From: a virus
Taxonomy: Duplodnaviria > Heunggongvirae > Uroviricota > Caudoviricetes
Direction: 5' to 3' (one strand)
Virus record (IMG/VR): IMGVR_UViG_3300033153_005726
Span: 64,001-86,423 of that record
Length of the DNA: 22,423 bases
The notes under the pieces are model-generated. The model did no database searches. It saw nothing but the letters and a program-made list of their open reading frames with translations, and was not told where the DNA came from. Positions within the stretch are counted from its first letter, which is position 1; each line of letters begins with the position of its first letter. Below are positions 1-8,651 of the stretch, piece after piece. Both the position numbers and the translations under genes were made by a program.

Positions 1-1827
1 AGGTACTTTAATATCCTTAAAATGGGTAAACGCATCACCAAGTTTTGCAATATTCTCTACAGTGATAGTTTTAAGGTCTATGTCATTCAAGACACTCAAC
101 CCTTCAGCAAACTGCTTTAGGTTAGGTACTTTAATACGTGTGAATTGTTTAATACCCATCGCAAGTGGGCGAAGCATCTTAATCCAATCTTCACGCAAGT
201 CCACTGTGTTTAGTTCGTTCAGCCCGTCAGCAAAGTTCTTAAGGTTAGGTGCTTTAGCATCTTTTAACTTTAAGATACCACTTGCTATATCAGTAAGGTT
301 TTGAGAAAAGTCATCAGCAAGCTTAATTTTGTTTAATTTGATTAACCCTTCAGCAAAGTTCTTAAGGTTAGGGGTAGAAATATCTTTGGGGAAATCTTTT
401 AACGCATCACCAATAGTTTTGAGTTTCTCAGGTAGCTTAGACTTAGAACCTATGTTAGCTTTATTGAGGGCAGAGATACCCTCAGAAAACCCTTTAAGGT
501 CAGGGAATACAGACACTTTAGGGAATTTTTTAAGTGCTTCTCCAATAGTTTCTATAGTAGTGGCGAACCCTTTCTCAATCTTTACTCCAGAAAGTATGCT
601 TATACCTTTGGCAAAACCTTTGAGGTCTGGCACCTTGACAGTATCAAAAGCATTAATAACGGGTTCAAGTTTAACAAGAGATTGTACAACAGGGTCTATG
701 TCACCAACGCCAGCTAATGCAGTAATACCCTTTGCAAAAGTCGCTAACTGCGGTGTTTTGGTCCCATCATACTTTTTAATAGATAAATAGAGTTCGTCCA
801 GTTTGTCAGATACATTTTCAATACGCCCTACTTTTATAGAAGATATTTCTTTAATACCTTTAGCGAATTGAGAAAGTTGTGGTACCTTAATGTCTTTGTA
901 TTCAACAAGGGCATCACGCAGAAATGTGAGGTGAGATGCTACATCATAAATCTTATCGCCATCAATCTTAGCAATTTTTTCAATACCAGAAGCGAACTGC
1001 CCTAACTGAGGAACCTTCAGAGATTCCATCCTACCATCACTGGTGGTTATATAGAGCTGCTTAATACTGTTAGCTAAAGTCTCAAACTTCATAGGTAACT
1101 TCGTTACCTTTGCGTTCATAACGGTATCTGCTAATAATGCAACACCTTCAGCAAATGGTTTGAGGTTGGGCACTTTGAGTTTATCTAACTTGGCTATGCT
1201 GGTAGCTAGGGTCTCAAACTTCATAGGTAACTTCGTTACCTTTGCGTTCATAGTGGTATCAGCGAGAATCTGAATACCTTCAGCAAACCCAGCTAAATTG
1301 GGTACAGATAATTTATCGTAGGGTTCTATACTTGCGTGAAGTTTCTCTAAAGCACTCGCAGCGGTAGTAATGGCATCATCATCAACATCTTTGAATGTTT
1401 TGAGACCATTGGCGAATTTCTGTAAATCTGGGAGGGATTTGATGTTATCAATCTGACCCAATTGCTTGAGTGAATCAATAATAAGTTGGAGACGTTTTGC
1501 ATCAGGAGCAGATACAGTTTGGAGCTCAGAAAGTCCCTTAACAAACCCGTCAAGGTTGGGCACCTTAACGGTGCTCAACCCACGGAGTTGTCTCAGTGTT
1601 TCAGTAAAGCCTTTAGGGACTTCTACTGTTGCCAGTGCCTTACCTAACTCACCAGCCCATTTAGCACTAAGCTGTACTGACTCTTCAACACCCTGCAGAA
1701 CTTGACGTACTGAGCCAAGGTTCAGGTTGGATGAATCAAGGGAATTAGAAAAACTCTCAAATACCTTTCCAAGGGTACCTGTTACATTAATTTCTATCTC
1801 AACTACTTTCTTAAATGAATTAGCCAT
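1..1827 (-). CDS. Tape measure protein, N-terminal 609 codons (runs off the window; absent from the ORF track)
   Basis: ATG at 1827 directly after a TAA (TAAATG). Reads MANSFKKVVEIEINVTGTLGKVFESF... and appears open to base 1 by hand translation. Lies immediately after the tail chaperone frameshift pair; helical, repetitive KVPNLxxFAxG(I/L) units. Confidence 0.85.
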   Translation of the reverse strand, partial: MANSFKKVVEIEINVTGTLGKVFESFSNSLDSSNLNLGSVRQVLQGVEESVQLSAKWAGELGKALATVEVPKGFTETLRQLRGLSTVKVPNLDGFVKGLSELQTVSAPDAKRLQLIIDSLKQLGQIDNIKSLPDLQKFANGLKTFKDVDDDAITTAASALEKLHASIEPYDKLSVPNLAGFAEGIQILADTTMNAKVTKLPMKFETLATSIAKLDKLKVPNLKPFAEGVALLADTVMNAKVTKLPMKFETLANSIKQLYITTSDGRMESLKVPQLGQFASGIEKIAKIDGDKIYDVASHLTFLRDALVEYKDIKVPQLSQFAKGIKEISSIKVGRIENVSDKLDELYLSIKKYDGTKTPQLATFAKGITALAGVGDIDPVVQSLVKLEPVINAFDTVKVPDLKGFAKGISILSGVKIEKGFATTIETIGEALKKFPKVSVFPDLKGFSEGISALNKANIGSKSKLPEKLKTIGDALKDFPKDISTPNLKNFAEGLIKLNKIKLADDFSQNLTDIASGILKLKDAKAPNLKNFADGLNELNTVDLREDWIKMLRPLAMGIKQFTRIKVPNLKQFAEGLSVLNDIDLKTITVENIAKLGDAFTHFKDIKVP

Positions 1828-2178
1828 TTATTTCTTCCCTACCATAAAAGAAGCCAATCTGTTCCAGTCCTTATTAACTTCTTCTTTAGATGGACCTTCA
1901 TCTTTAGAAGCAGTCTTTTTATTCATGCCACTTATAACTTCTTTTAATCCTTTATATTGTAAGTTAGCTCCCATCCATAGATGAGTCAACTGCTCTGCTT
2001 TATCCTCCTTTTCCTGTGCTACAACTGCTACGAAAAATACTCCTATTTCAGCAAGTGAATAAGATTGTATGCTCGGCCAAGAATGCCCATACGCAACTAG
2101 CTTTTGGACTGCTTTTGCGATTTGGGCTTCGGTGATTGGACCAGACTGAACCGTCCCGCCAAGCTCTTGAAGTTTCCC
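1828..2178 (-). CDS. Tail assembly chaperone -1 frame extension (lambda gpT-like part of a G-T fusion)
   Basis: The -1 frame opens right after a TGA, exactly at the GGGAAAC heptamer, and stays open for 116 codons (GKLQELGGTVQSGPITEAQIAKAVQKLVAYGHSWPSIQSYSLAEIGVF...MVGKK) to a TAA abutting the tape measure ATG. Confidence 0.85.
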   Translation of the reverse strand, partial: GKLQELGGTVQSGPITEAQIAKAVQKLVAYGHSWPSIQSYSLAEIGVFFVAVVAQEKEDKAEQLTHLWMGANLQYKGLKEVISGMNKKTASKDEGPSKEEVNKDWNRLASFMVGKK

Positions 2179-2540
2179 TCAAGTTTCTCTTTGGACTTCA
2201 TATTCACTTCGAGTACTTTATCAAGAATCTCCACAACAATATCAATTGGTAATTGTTGTAAATCTTCAGAAGCAATGTTTGATCCTTCTTCAAGGACGTC
2301 AGGAAATTGTTCAAGCAGAATAACGGCAAGTTTAAGCAGGTTTTCAGGTTGATTGTAATTTTCCCAATCTACACCTTCTTCTGAAAGGACTTTACCAAAA
2401 CCTTTTAATTTACGTGCGATGATTGCAAGTTGCTTGATACCAAGGGGGCGGATATCAATGGTTTGTTCGCCGATGGTGAGGGTGTCTCCAGGGAATAACG
2501 ATTCTAGGTTGAAACTTAACCTTATTCTTTCTTTAGCCAT
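2097..2540 (-). CDS. Tail assembly chaperone (lambda gpG-like)
   Basis: 147 aa, between the tail tube and tape measure genes, carries the slippery site, good SD (GAAGGAAG). Confidence 0.85.
   Translation of the reverse strand: MAKERIRLSFNLESLFPGDTLTIGEQTIDIRPLGIKQLAIIARKLKGFGKVLSEEGVDWENYNQPENLLKLAVILLEQFPDVLEEGSNIASEDLQQLPIDIVVEILDKVLEVNMKSKEKLEGNFKSLAGRFSLVQSPKPKSQKQSKS
2172..2178 (-). promoter_or_regulatory. -1 programmed ribosomal frameshift heptamer G GGA AAC
   Basis: Canonical X XXY YYZ heptamer in the correct phase (GAG GGA AAC); gtttccc on the + strand. Confidence 0.85.
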
Positions 2541-2573
2541 TTTCTTCTTCCTTCTTGTATAGGCTTAGTATGA

Positions 2574-2604
2574 ATGATGGAGGGCTTTTACACCCCCCAC
2601 CAGT
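2574..2604 (-). terminator. Hairpin after the tail tube gene (terminator/attenuator-like)
   Basis: TGGTGGGGGG-TGTAAAAG-CCCTCCATCA stem with G-U pairs; only a weak U tract. Confidence 0.45.
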
Positions 2605-2622
2605 ATGTAGCTTAGATACTTC

Positions 2623-3672
2623 TTAAGCGATGATAATATTCATGTAAGGACTATCTGGGTGTCCAGTCTCATCCTTCAGAATCTCACCAGTAAACCCAAG
2701 GGTTGACCAGTCATCACCAATCATAGCAGTATCACCACTTGGTGTCAAGGAACAACGCCATACTTCCAACTCTTGCTGAGTACCAGCAGGGTTATCAGAT
2801 ACGAAACGAAGTTTACCCTCAATCTGAGTTTCTTTAAATGCCTGAACCTCAGTATACTCTGGGGCATCAAAGTTGTAATGAGCATGAATATCAGTTCCAG
2901 GGGTGATACCACCACCGTCAACAATCTGCACACGGCCAATTACATCATCTTTCAATGCAAGATCAACGGTGTAATCCACGCCATACTCATAGAATACGGT
3001 ATCAGCAAGGTCAGAAAGTATAAGACCAACGATAGTAGCACTCTGCACTACAACTTCAGAAGATACAGTACAGGCACCAGTACCAGAAGTACCAGCAAGT
3101 ACATCAGAAGCAGCAAATGCAATACCATTAGTACTTGCAATAATCAAAGTACCATCATCAACGGCAGCACCAGCAGAAATAGAAATTACGTAACCTTCAG
3201 CTCCAGAACCTGTAGCAGTTACATCTTCACCTTGTACAAATAAGGCAGTACCAGCATCGTAAGGACATACATATGCCATCTCAATACCACGTGCAGCAAG
3301 GTCAGTACGCTTACCAGCAAATGGACTGAGTACAGTAGCAGCAGGGGTTGCACAGCCATTGGTGTCACCAGTAGCAGCAACAACAACATTCAGTTCAGCA
3401 AGGGTCAAGAGAGCAAGGTTCTCTTTATTAATTTCATCAAGGGTGAAAGAAAGACCAGGAGTAATCTGAGAGATAATCTCTTTATCTTTCGCTTTCAACC
3501 CACCACGAGAACTGAAATGCTCCAGTTTCTCAAGGGCAATGTTAAATGAGAAAGCAGGTGCGTTACCAAGGTCACGCTCACCAGTGAGTTCACCAGTAGC
3601 TTGATCTTTCTGGTCAAAGAAGACAACTCCTTTTCCAAGGGTATAATTGTCAGTATTTGGGGAAACAGCCAT
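2623..3672 (-). CDS. Major tail (tube) protein with internal insertion domain
   Basis: N-terminus NYTLGKGVVFF...ERDLGNAPAFSFNIALEKLEHFSSRGGLKAKD and C-terminus LRFVSDNPAG...SLTPSGD...GFTGEIL match the siphovirus tail tube pattern; synteny supports this. Confidence 0.85.
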   Translation of the reverse strand: MAVSPNTDNYTLGKGVVFFDQKDQATGELTGERDLGNAPAFSFNIALEKLEHFSSRGGLKAKDKEIISQITPGLSFTLDEINKENLALLTLAELNVVVAATGDTNGCATPAATVLSPFAGKRTDLAARGIEMAYVCPYDAGTALFVQGEDVTATGSGAEGYVISISAGAAVDDGTLIIASTNGIAFAASDVLAGTSGTGACTVSSEVVVQSATIVGLILSDLADTVFYEYGVDYTVDLALKDDVIGRVQIVDGGGITPGTDIHAHYNFDAPEYTEVQAFKETQIEGKLRFVSDNPAGTQQELEVWRCSLTPSGDTAMIGDDWSTLGFTGEILKDETGHPDSPYMNIIIA

Positions 3673-3696
3673 TGTGTAATCCTCCTTAGGATTTTA

Positions 3697-4122
3697 TTAA
3701 TTAAGTTCGCCTGTGTCTGTATAAAACATATTAAACACTAAACGCATTCCAAGTACATCGGGCAGACCGTAGCCTGTTGGACCTTCTGTGCGAATTTCTT
3801 GGATAAACGTGTTGTCGGCCACAACAGGGGTATCCGATAATACAACAGAACGCACATTTCTGTATAACTCTTTTACATCATATTCCCTATCAGTAATAAT
3901 TTCAAGAACAACTTCAAGTCGCCTTCTCATAGGGTAACCAAATTTTCCACGTGAAGATGTGTCTATTACTTCATCAACATCTTCAACCATAAATATACAC
4001 GGTAGGTAGCCTTCGTCAATAGGTTTTGTGGGTGAACGCTTAAACCCTTTTAATCCAAGGGCGTCTTTCGCAGTATAAATGCGGTCATAAATTTTAATCA
4101 ACCCATTTTCTCTATTTTGCAC
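3697..4122 (-). CDS. Tail terminator / tail completion protein
   Basis: 141 aa, immediately upstream of the tail tube; LPCIFMVEDVDE motif typical of terminator-like proteins; mainly synteny. Confidence 0.6.
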   Translation of the reverse strand: MQNRENGLIKIYDRIYTAKDALGLKGFKRSPTKPIDEGYLPCIFMVEDVDEVIDTSSRGKFGYPMRRRLEVVLEIITDREYDVKELYRNVRSVVLSDTPVVADNTFIQEIRTEGPTGYGLPDVLGMRLVFNMFYTDTGELN

Positions 4123-4612
4123 GCTGTAATCCGTCCATAATTATATTACCAACAGTTTTGGCAAGCCTATTGGCATATACATCTGTTATTATTTGGTTGA
4201 CAGTACCTCCCGGTGCTGATCTAGACCAAATACGTTTCTCTGCACCACCTGATCCAGGGGTTGTTAATTCTACAGTTTTTGGACCCATTTGAGGCCATGG
4301 TGCATTTCCTGGGATAACACCTTCTTCTATATACACACCATATCCAACTTGGTTGTACACAGAAAATTGTGCGATTTGTTTATTTGTGTCTTGTACTCTC
4401 CAGCCATGAGAATATCTACCTTTATCATATGGGGCTGCTTTCCTTAATAGGTCACGTACAATGTGGGCAGAACGAGATACATGTAAATAAATATTCTTCT
4501 CAGCTTCAACCATATTCTTTTGTAAAGAAGTGGTTAAAGAACGCAGGGCCTTATCATGCACAACAATAAGCTTACCCTTACTAGGATCAAACTTTGGTCG
4601 TCTCTTGGCCAT
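4112..4612 (-). CDS. Neck/tail completion protein (HK97 gp10-like)
   Basis: APYDKGRYSHGW...VYNQVGYGVYIEEG resembles the gp10 pattern (APvdTG.L..Sw...Ya.yvE.G); synteny. Confidence 0.7.
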   Translation of the reverse strand: MAKRRPKFDPSKGKLIVVHDKALRSLTTSLQKNMVEAEKNIYLHVSRSAHIVRDLLRKAAPYDKGRYSHGWRVQDTNKQIAQFSVYNQVGYGVYIEEGVIPGNAPWPQMGPKTVELTTPGSGGAEKRIWSRSAPGGTVNQIITDVYANRLAKTVGNIIMDGLQRAK

Positions 4613-4983
4613 TAGGTTTTCCTTAATAGTAAGATGTACAAGGCTTCTGCAGGATCTGTTTTATATGCAATAATAGCATACGTGATTGTATCGTCCCTGA
4701 CGATAACATCCCTAGTTGATAAAGAAGTTATACCATTATCACGTAACTGCTTGCCTCTGACAAGACCTTTTACGTCAGTTGGTTGGATTAAATTAGAAAA
4801 AGATAAAAATTGAACATCTCGCTCTGCGAAAGTATCAACTATTAAATCTATTGGGTGAGAAGTGCTTGTATCAACATCAAAGCCGTCTTTTTTGACCACA
4901 GTATATTGTGCTTTGTACACAAGGCTTTTAAATACCTTGAAAACAGTCACAGCAGCCTTTTGAAACGTCGTATTCAATGACAT
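4612..4983 (-). CDS. Head closure / head-tail joining protein
   Basis: 123 aa beta-rich protein between the adaptor and the gp10-like gene; synteny. Confidence 0.6.
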   Translation of the reverse strand: MSLNTTFQKAAVTVFKVFKSLVYKAQYTVVKKDGFDVDTSTSHPIDLIVDTFAERDVQFLSFSNLIQPTDVKGLVRGKQLRDNGITSLSTRDVIVRDDTITYAIIAYKTDPAEALYILLLRKT

Positions 4984-4999
4984 GGTACTTTGCCCTTAA

Positions 5000-5500
5000 T
5001 TATGCACGCATTAACCGCACAACTCCGATACCACTCTTTGTAGTTAATCCCTCAAGGATTTTCCAAATGTGGTCGGGGATTGTATCAGGTTTAGTATTAT
5101 ACAAACCATCATCAGCTTTAATCATTAATGATGCTGCACGTACCTCAGAAATACCAGCAAGGTCACTATCTTGTGTTCGGTCGCTACCAAGTGATGCTAA
5201 TGCCATTTCAAAAACAGCAGTTTTTACATCAGGTGGTATTACATCCTCAGGATACAATATAGCAACCTTATCGTATACACCAGAACGAGGCCAATCCATA
5301 CTTTGCGTACCAGTTGCACGGGTACCTTTCCAAGTAACGTGCCAATCAATGACTCGAGAAGCGGTAATCAGAGCTTGATCCTGATTCTCCTCTTCTTCCC
5401 AAGCACTTGAATGTGCCCTGTCAGCAAAATACGCATTAGCCTCGGCCAGCGTAACATAACTGTTGGTGGAAGCACCACCAACTGTGGCGTCTATAGCCAT
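5000..5500 (-). CDS. Head-tail adaptor (phage DnaT-like family)
   Basis: NSYVTLAEANAYFADR...ALITASRVID...QSMDWPR...IPPDVKTAVFEMAL, the characteristic pattern of this adaptor family. Confidence 0.8.
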   Translation of the reverse strand: MAIDATVGGASTNSYVTLAEANAYFADRAHSSAWEEEENQDQALITASRVIDWHVTWKGTRATGTQSMDWPRSGVYDKVAILYPEDVIPPDVKTAVFEMALASLGSDRTQDSDLAGISEVRAASLMIKADDGLYNTKPDTIPDHIWKILEGLTTKSGIGVVRLMRA

Positions 5501-5503
5501 AAT

Positions 5504-5737
5504 CTACTCCGCTTTTTTAGCAGTACGACGTTTCTTAGGTGCAGCCTTTTTAGGGGCTTCTTTAACTGACTTAACTTCTTCAGCTTTAGGCTCTTCTACC
5601 TTAGCTGGTTTTGGTTCAGGTTTGGGTTCAGGTTTTGGCTTAGATTCGGTACGTGACCAACCAGCATTTTCCATAGCTGGTATTTGCTCAACATTGGCAA
5701 TACAAGCAGAGCCACCCTTATACATTTTCACAGGCAT
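5504..5737 (-). CDS. Small hypothetical virion-module protein with Lys/Glu/Pro-rich tail
   Basis: SD AGAAGGAG; KPKPEPKPEPKP and KKAAPKKRR low-complexity tail; follows the capsid gene. Confidence 0.7.
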   Translation of the reverse strand: MPVKMYKGGSACIANVEQIPAMENAGWSRTESKPKPEPKPEPKPAKVEEPKAEEVKSVKEAPKKAAPKKRRTAKKAE

Positions 5738-5760
5738 TGATTTCTCCTTCTGTCAATTGT

Positions 5761-5788
5761 AGGGTGGCTCTGCAAAGAAAACCACCCT
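5761..5788 (-). terminator. Hairpin after the major capsid gene
   Basis: AGGGTGG...CCACCCT inverted repeat 25 nt after the stop codon; no clear U tract. Confidence 0.45.
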
Positions 5789-5812
5789 GCAATCAAGGGT
5801 TAATGTTCAAGA

Positions 5813-6979
5813 TTACTGAGTGTCACCAAGCAGGGTAATTCGGCGAGGATCATGTGCAAATGCACCACACAGTAAGTCAAGAGACATTGTGGTTTTCTTG
5901 GTATTGATGTCATACCCTTTTACGATTCGGATACTTACTCCGTTATTGGCGGCAGTAGCGGTAACTTTATCTCCGGGCATATCCAGCATTGGGAATGCAA
6001 CGGCAAGAGAACGGTCATCAAAAATAGCACCGTGAATATCAAATGTTGCAGCCTGTCCGCCAACGATGGTGATTGCAGCATCATCAGCGATGATCTCTGT
6101 AATAGGATCAACCAAGGTAACAGTGGTAGCAGCATTTACATCAGCTACTTCAGCAGCAACGATGAGAGGACGACGACAACCAGCAACCAAAATACGATCA
6201 CCAGCAAGAAGTGTCTCAGCAACAGTACCACCATCAAAGGTCAGCACTTTGAGGCCAATCTTGTTATTGGTAGCAACAGTGTTGTCGGTCAACAGCGTAC
6301 CAACAGCACCAAGGGTACCATTAGTGCGGGCAGATTCAGGGAATGTGATAGCAGAGTACCAATCCATACCCATTACGTGCCCCATCTTTCCTGTATTCAG
6401 GGTAGTCTCACCAGCAGCACCACGGGTCTGTGATTGATTGAACCAAGTTTGACCGAGCATTTTTGCTTCAGTATCAAGGTCGACCAGACAGAAACGGTTT
6501 GTGGCAAGTTGTTGCAGAGTAGACGCTTTACGGGCAAGTGCGATATCAGCAGCATCAACAAACAGGTCAGCAGAAGTATACAATCCAGCACCCTGAAGGA
6601 TTTTACCAGCAACATATTTCTCAGTCATCTCAGCGAGACGATAAGCAGCAGGGCGGATTACTTGATCACTGAAAGAATCAAGGTCAAGTACTTCTTCACG
6701 AGCAGTCACTTCAACGGAAACGTCAAGGTGCTTTTCAATCTGCATTGCACGACTGGATGTCTGAATGTCCTGAATGTTAATGGTACCAGTGAAATCTTCA
6801 GCAGCGTAATCACCATGTGTACGGAAGGAGACAGTGTCGCCTTTTTTCCAGCCATTTGCTTTGCTGGTAAACTCAGCAGTATTGTCCTTAGCACACATAT
6901 TGGTCACTACAAGAGCGTCCTCAAGGTGTGTAAGAGCTTCCTGAGCAATGATTGCGGGATGTTCCCATATATTGGCCAT
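5813..6979 (-). CDS. Major capsid protein, P22 coat-like (HK97 fold with insertion domain)
   Basis: IIAQEALTHLEDALVV...KKGDTVSFR...LDLDSFSDQVIRPAAYRLAE...SLDLLCGA pattern; strong SD GGAGG; follows the scaffold gene. Confidence 0.88.
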   Translation of the reverse strand: MANIWEHPAIIAQEALTHLEDALVVTNMCAKDNTAEFTSKANGWKKGDTVSFRTHGDYAAEDFTGTINIQDIQTSSRAMQIEKHLDVSVEVTAREEVLDLDSFSDQVIRPAAYRLAEMTEKYVAGKILQGAGLYTSADLFVDAADIALARKASTLQQLATNRFCLVDLDTEAKMLGQTWFNQSQTRGAAGETTLNTGKMGHVMGMDWYSAITFPESARTNGTLGAVGTLLTDNTVATNNKIGLKVLTFDGGTVAETLLAGDRILVAGCRRPLIVAAEVADVNAATTVTLVDPITEIIADDAAITIVGGQAATFDIHGAIFDDRSLAVAFPMLDMPGDKVTATAANNGVSIRIVKGYDINTKKTTMSLDLLCGAFAHDPRRITLLGDTQ

Positions 6980-7000
6980 CTTTAAATTCCTCCAAAGAAT

Positions 7001-7519
7001 TTAGGTACTTAGTACCTTTTTATCAATTAAATAATGCTTGGCGGGGCTATACCCACCCCAAGCTAAACACTGTTCAGCAGCATAACGAGCACAAACAGCA
7101 TTGATTTTGTTAACATACAAACCAAGATGCCTAAATTTACCACATACAGTTATTCTCGCAAGCCATTTTCCGTGATTTCTACCTACTCCTTTAATTCCAC
7201 TAGTCGTGTTATTTTTAGGTGTAGCTTGATTACGTTCATTATATGATTGAAAGCATTTCACTAAATTACAATACCGATCATCGTTCCGTATTCTGTTATC
7301 ATGATCAACTTGCCCATTAGGAAATTCCCCTTCCATATAAAGGATTGCTAAACGTCCTGCCCTATAACACTTACCCTTGATTTTAATTTGGGTATACCCT
7401 TTATGAGTAATTGTGCCAGCAACAGAACCAATCTTAATCTGTGCTCTACTAACTCTCCAAGTAAATAAGCCAGTATTAGGATTGTAACATAATAGTTTCT
7501 TTAATTCAACTTGGTTCAT
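7001..7519 (-). mobile_element. Free-standing HNH homing endonuclease with C-terminal AP2 domain
   Basis: LCYNPNTGLFTW...GY..IKIKGKCYRAGRLAILYMEGEFP...DHDNRIRNDDRYCNL...NTTSGIKGV...KWLARI...HLGLY; more AT-rich than its flanks. Confidence 0.9.
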
Positions 7520-7606
7520 TTTTAATCTCCATTAAAAATAACTCATATATAAATTGAGGCGGGGAGTGAGTTGCTCCTTTTCAACCGCTAAGTCTAGCCC
7601 CAAACC

Positions 7607-7639
7607 TTAAACATTAGCAGAATCTGGGATATTAGCCAT
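7607..7639 (-). pseudogene. Truncated duplicate of the capsid gene start (MANIPDSANV*)
   Basis: 7629-7665 is a near copy of 6969-7003 (SD GGAGG + ATGGCYAATAT). Confidence 0.7.
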
Positions 7640-7831
7640 TTTGAAATTCCTCCAAAAAGAATTTATGTTTAAATCGTTATAAGTTAATTTGGCCGATCAG
7701 TACTACTTCTTCTTTAATGAACTTTCCCAATGGCCTCTGGCCGTTCCCAATCCTCAGGATCGTTAGTAGGGATATCATTGTTATGTTATAGGCTAACAAT
7801 CTATTTGTCAACCTATAATTTTAAATTACTA

Positions 7832-8593
7832 TTATCCCGCCATTTGTGTCCTGAGGCGACGGTAACCTGCCATATCGCCTTTCTTGGCGAGGGCAGCAAG
7901 TTTCTCGGTTGTGTCCGCATCACCTGTAATGTTACCACCTTGTGCACCTGAACCTTCAGATGAAGGCCAGTAATGTGGGCTTACAGTTTTCAAACCTTCC
8001 ATCCATACAGATGGGGTTACGACATTACCGTCTTCATTTTTTTGCAATTTACCATCAGAAGTACGGGCTTCAACGCTACCATCAGTCCCAAGATTGAACA
8101 GGGTCTTCGCATGAAGTAATACATCAGGGATTGCTTCTGGTCGAATACCAGCTTTGATAGCAACAGCACGGAGAGCATCATCCATGATTTTAGTTTGGTA
8201 CAGTCCTTTATACTTACCTTTACCATCTGTCACCTCAAGTAATTTCTCACTCAAATCGGTAATAGCAGTATCATGTTCAAGACGCATTGTTGAGGTACGC
8301 TTCTCAAGAAGCTCATCAAATTTACCATCACGGATCATTTGGGCTTCTTCACTTTCATTAATGAACTTTAGTGCTTTAATAGCTTCCTCAGGATCACTGA
8401 TGTCGGCAAACTTCTGAAGTTTCTCTTGAATGGTTTTCTTCTCTCCGAGAAGTTCTTCATTCTTAGTTTTCAGGCCAGCAACAGCAGCAGATATCTTTGA
8501 ATCAATATCCTCAGTGTTTGCTTTCACTTCTGCGTTATAAGCCTCTTCAGCTTGTCCTCTTAATTTGTCATCTTCAATAAACGTAAAATCCAT
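7832..8593 (-). CDS. Capsid scaffolding protein
   Basis: Coiled coil GLKTKNEELLGEKK, C-terminal SPHYWPSSEGSGAQGG; sits between portal and capsid. Confidence 0.8.
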   Translation of the reverse strand: MDFTFIEDDKLRGQAEEAYNAEVKANTEDIDSKISAAVAGLKTKNEELLGEKKTIQEKLQKFADISDPEEAIKALKFINESEEAQMIRDGKFDELLEKRTSTMRLEHDTAITDLSEKLLEVTDGKGKYKGLYQTKIMDDALRAVAIKAGIRPEAIPDVLLHAKTLFNLGTDGSVEARTSDGKLQKNEDGNVVTPSVWMEGLKTVSPHYWPSSEGSGAQGGNITGDADTTEKLAALAKKGDMAGYRRLRTQMAG

Positions 8594-8651
8594 GGTATTC
8601 CCTCCAGGAATAGTTGCAGTAGTCTCTGACTACCAAGTCGTCCGTTGTGGA

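Noticed and set aside
7730-7746. AATGGCC/GGCCGTT hairpin after the scaffold gene as a terminator
   Set aside because: Short stem with no U tract on the coding strand; could be chance.
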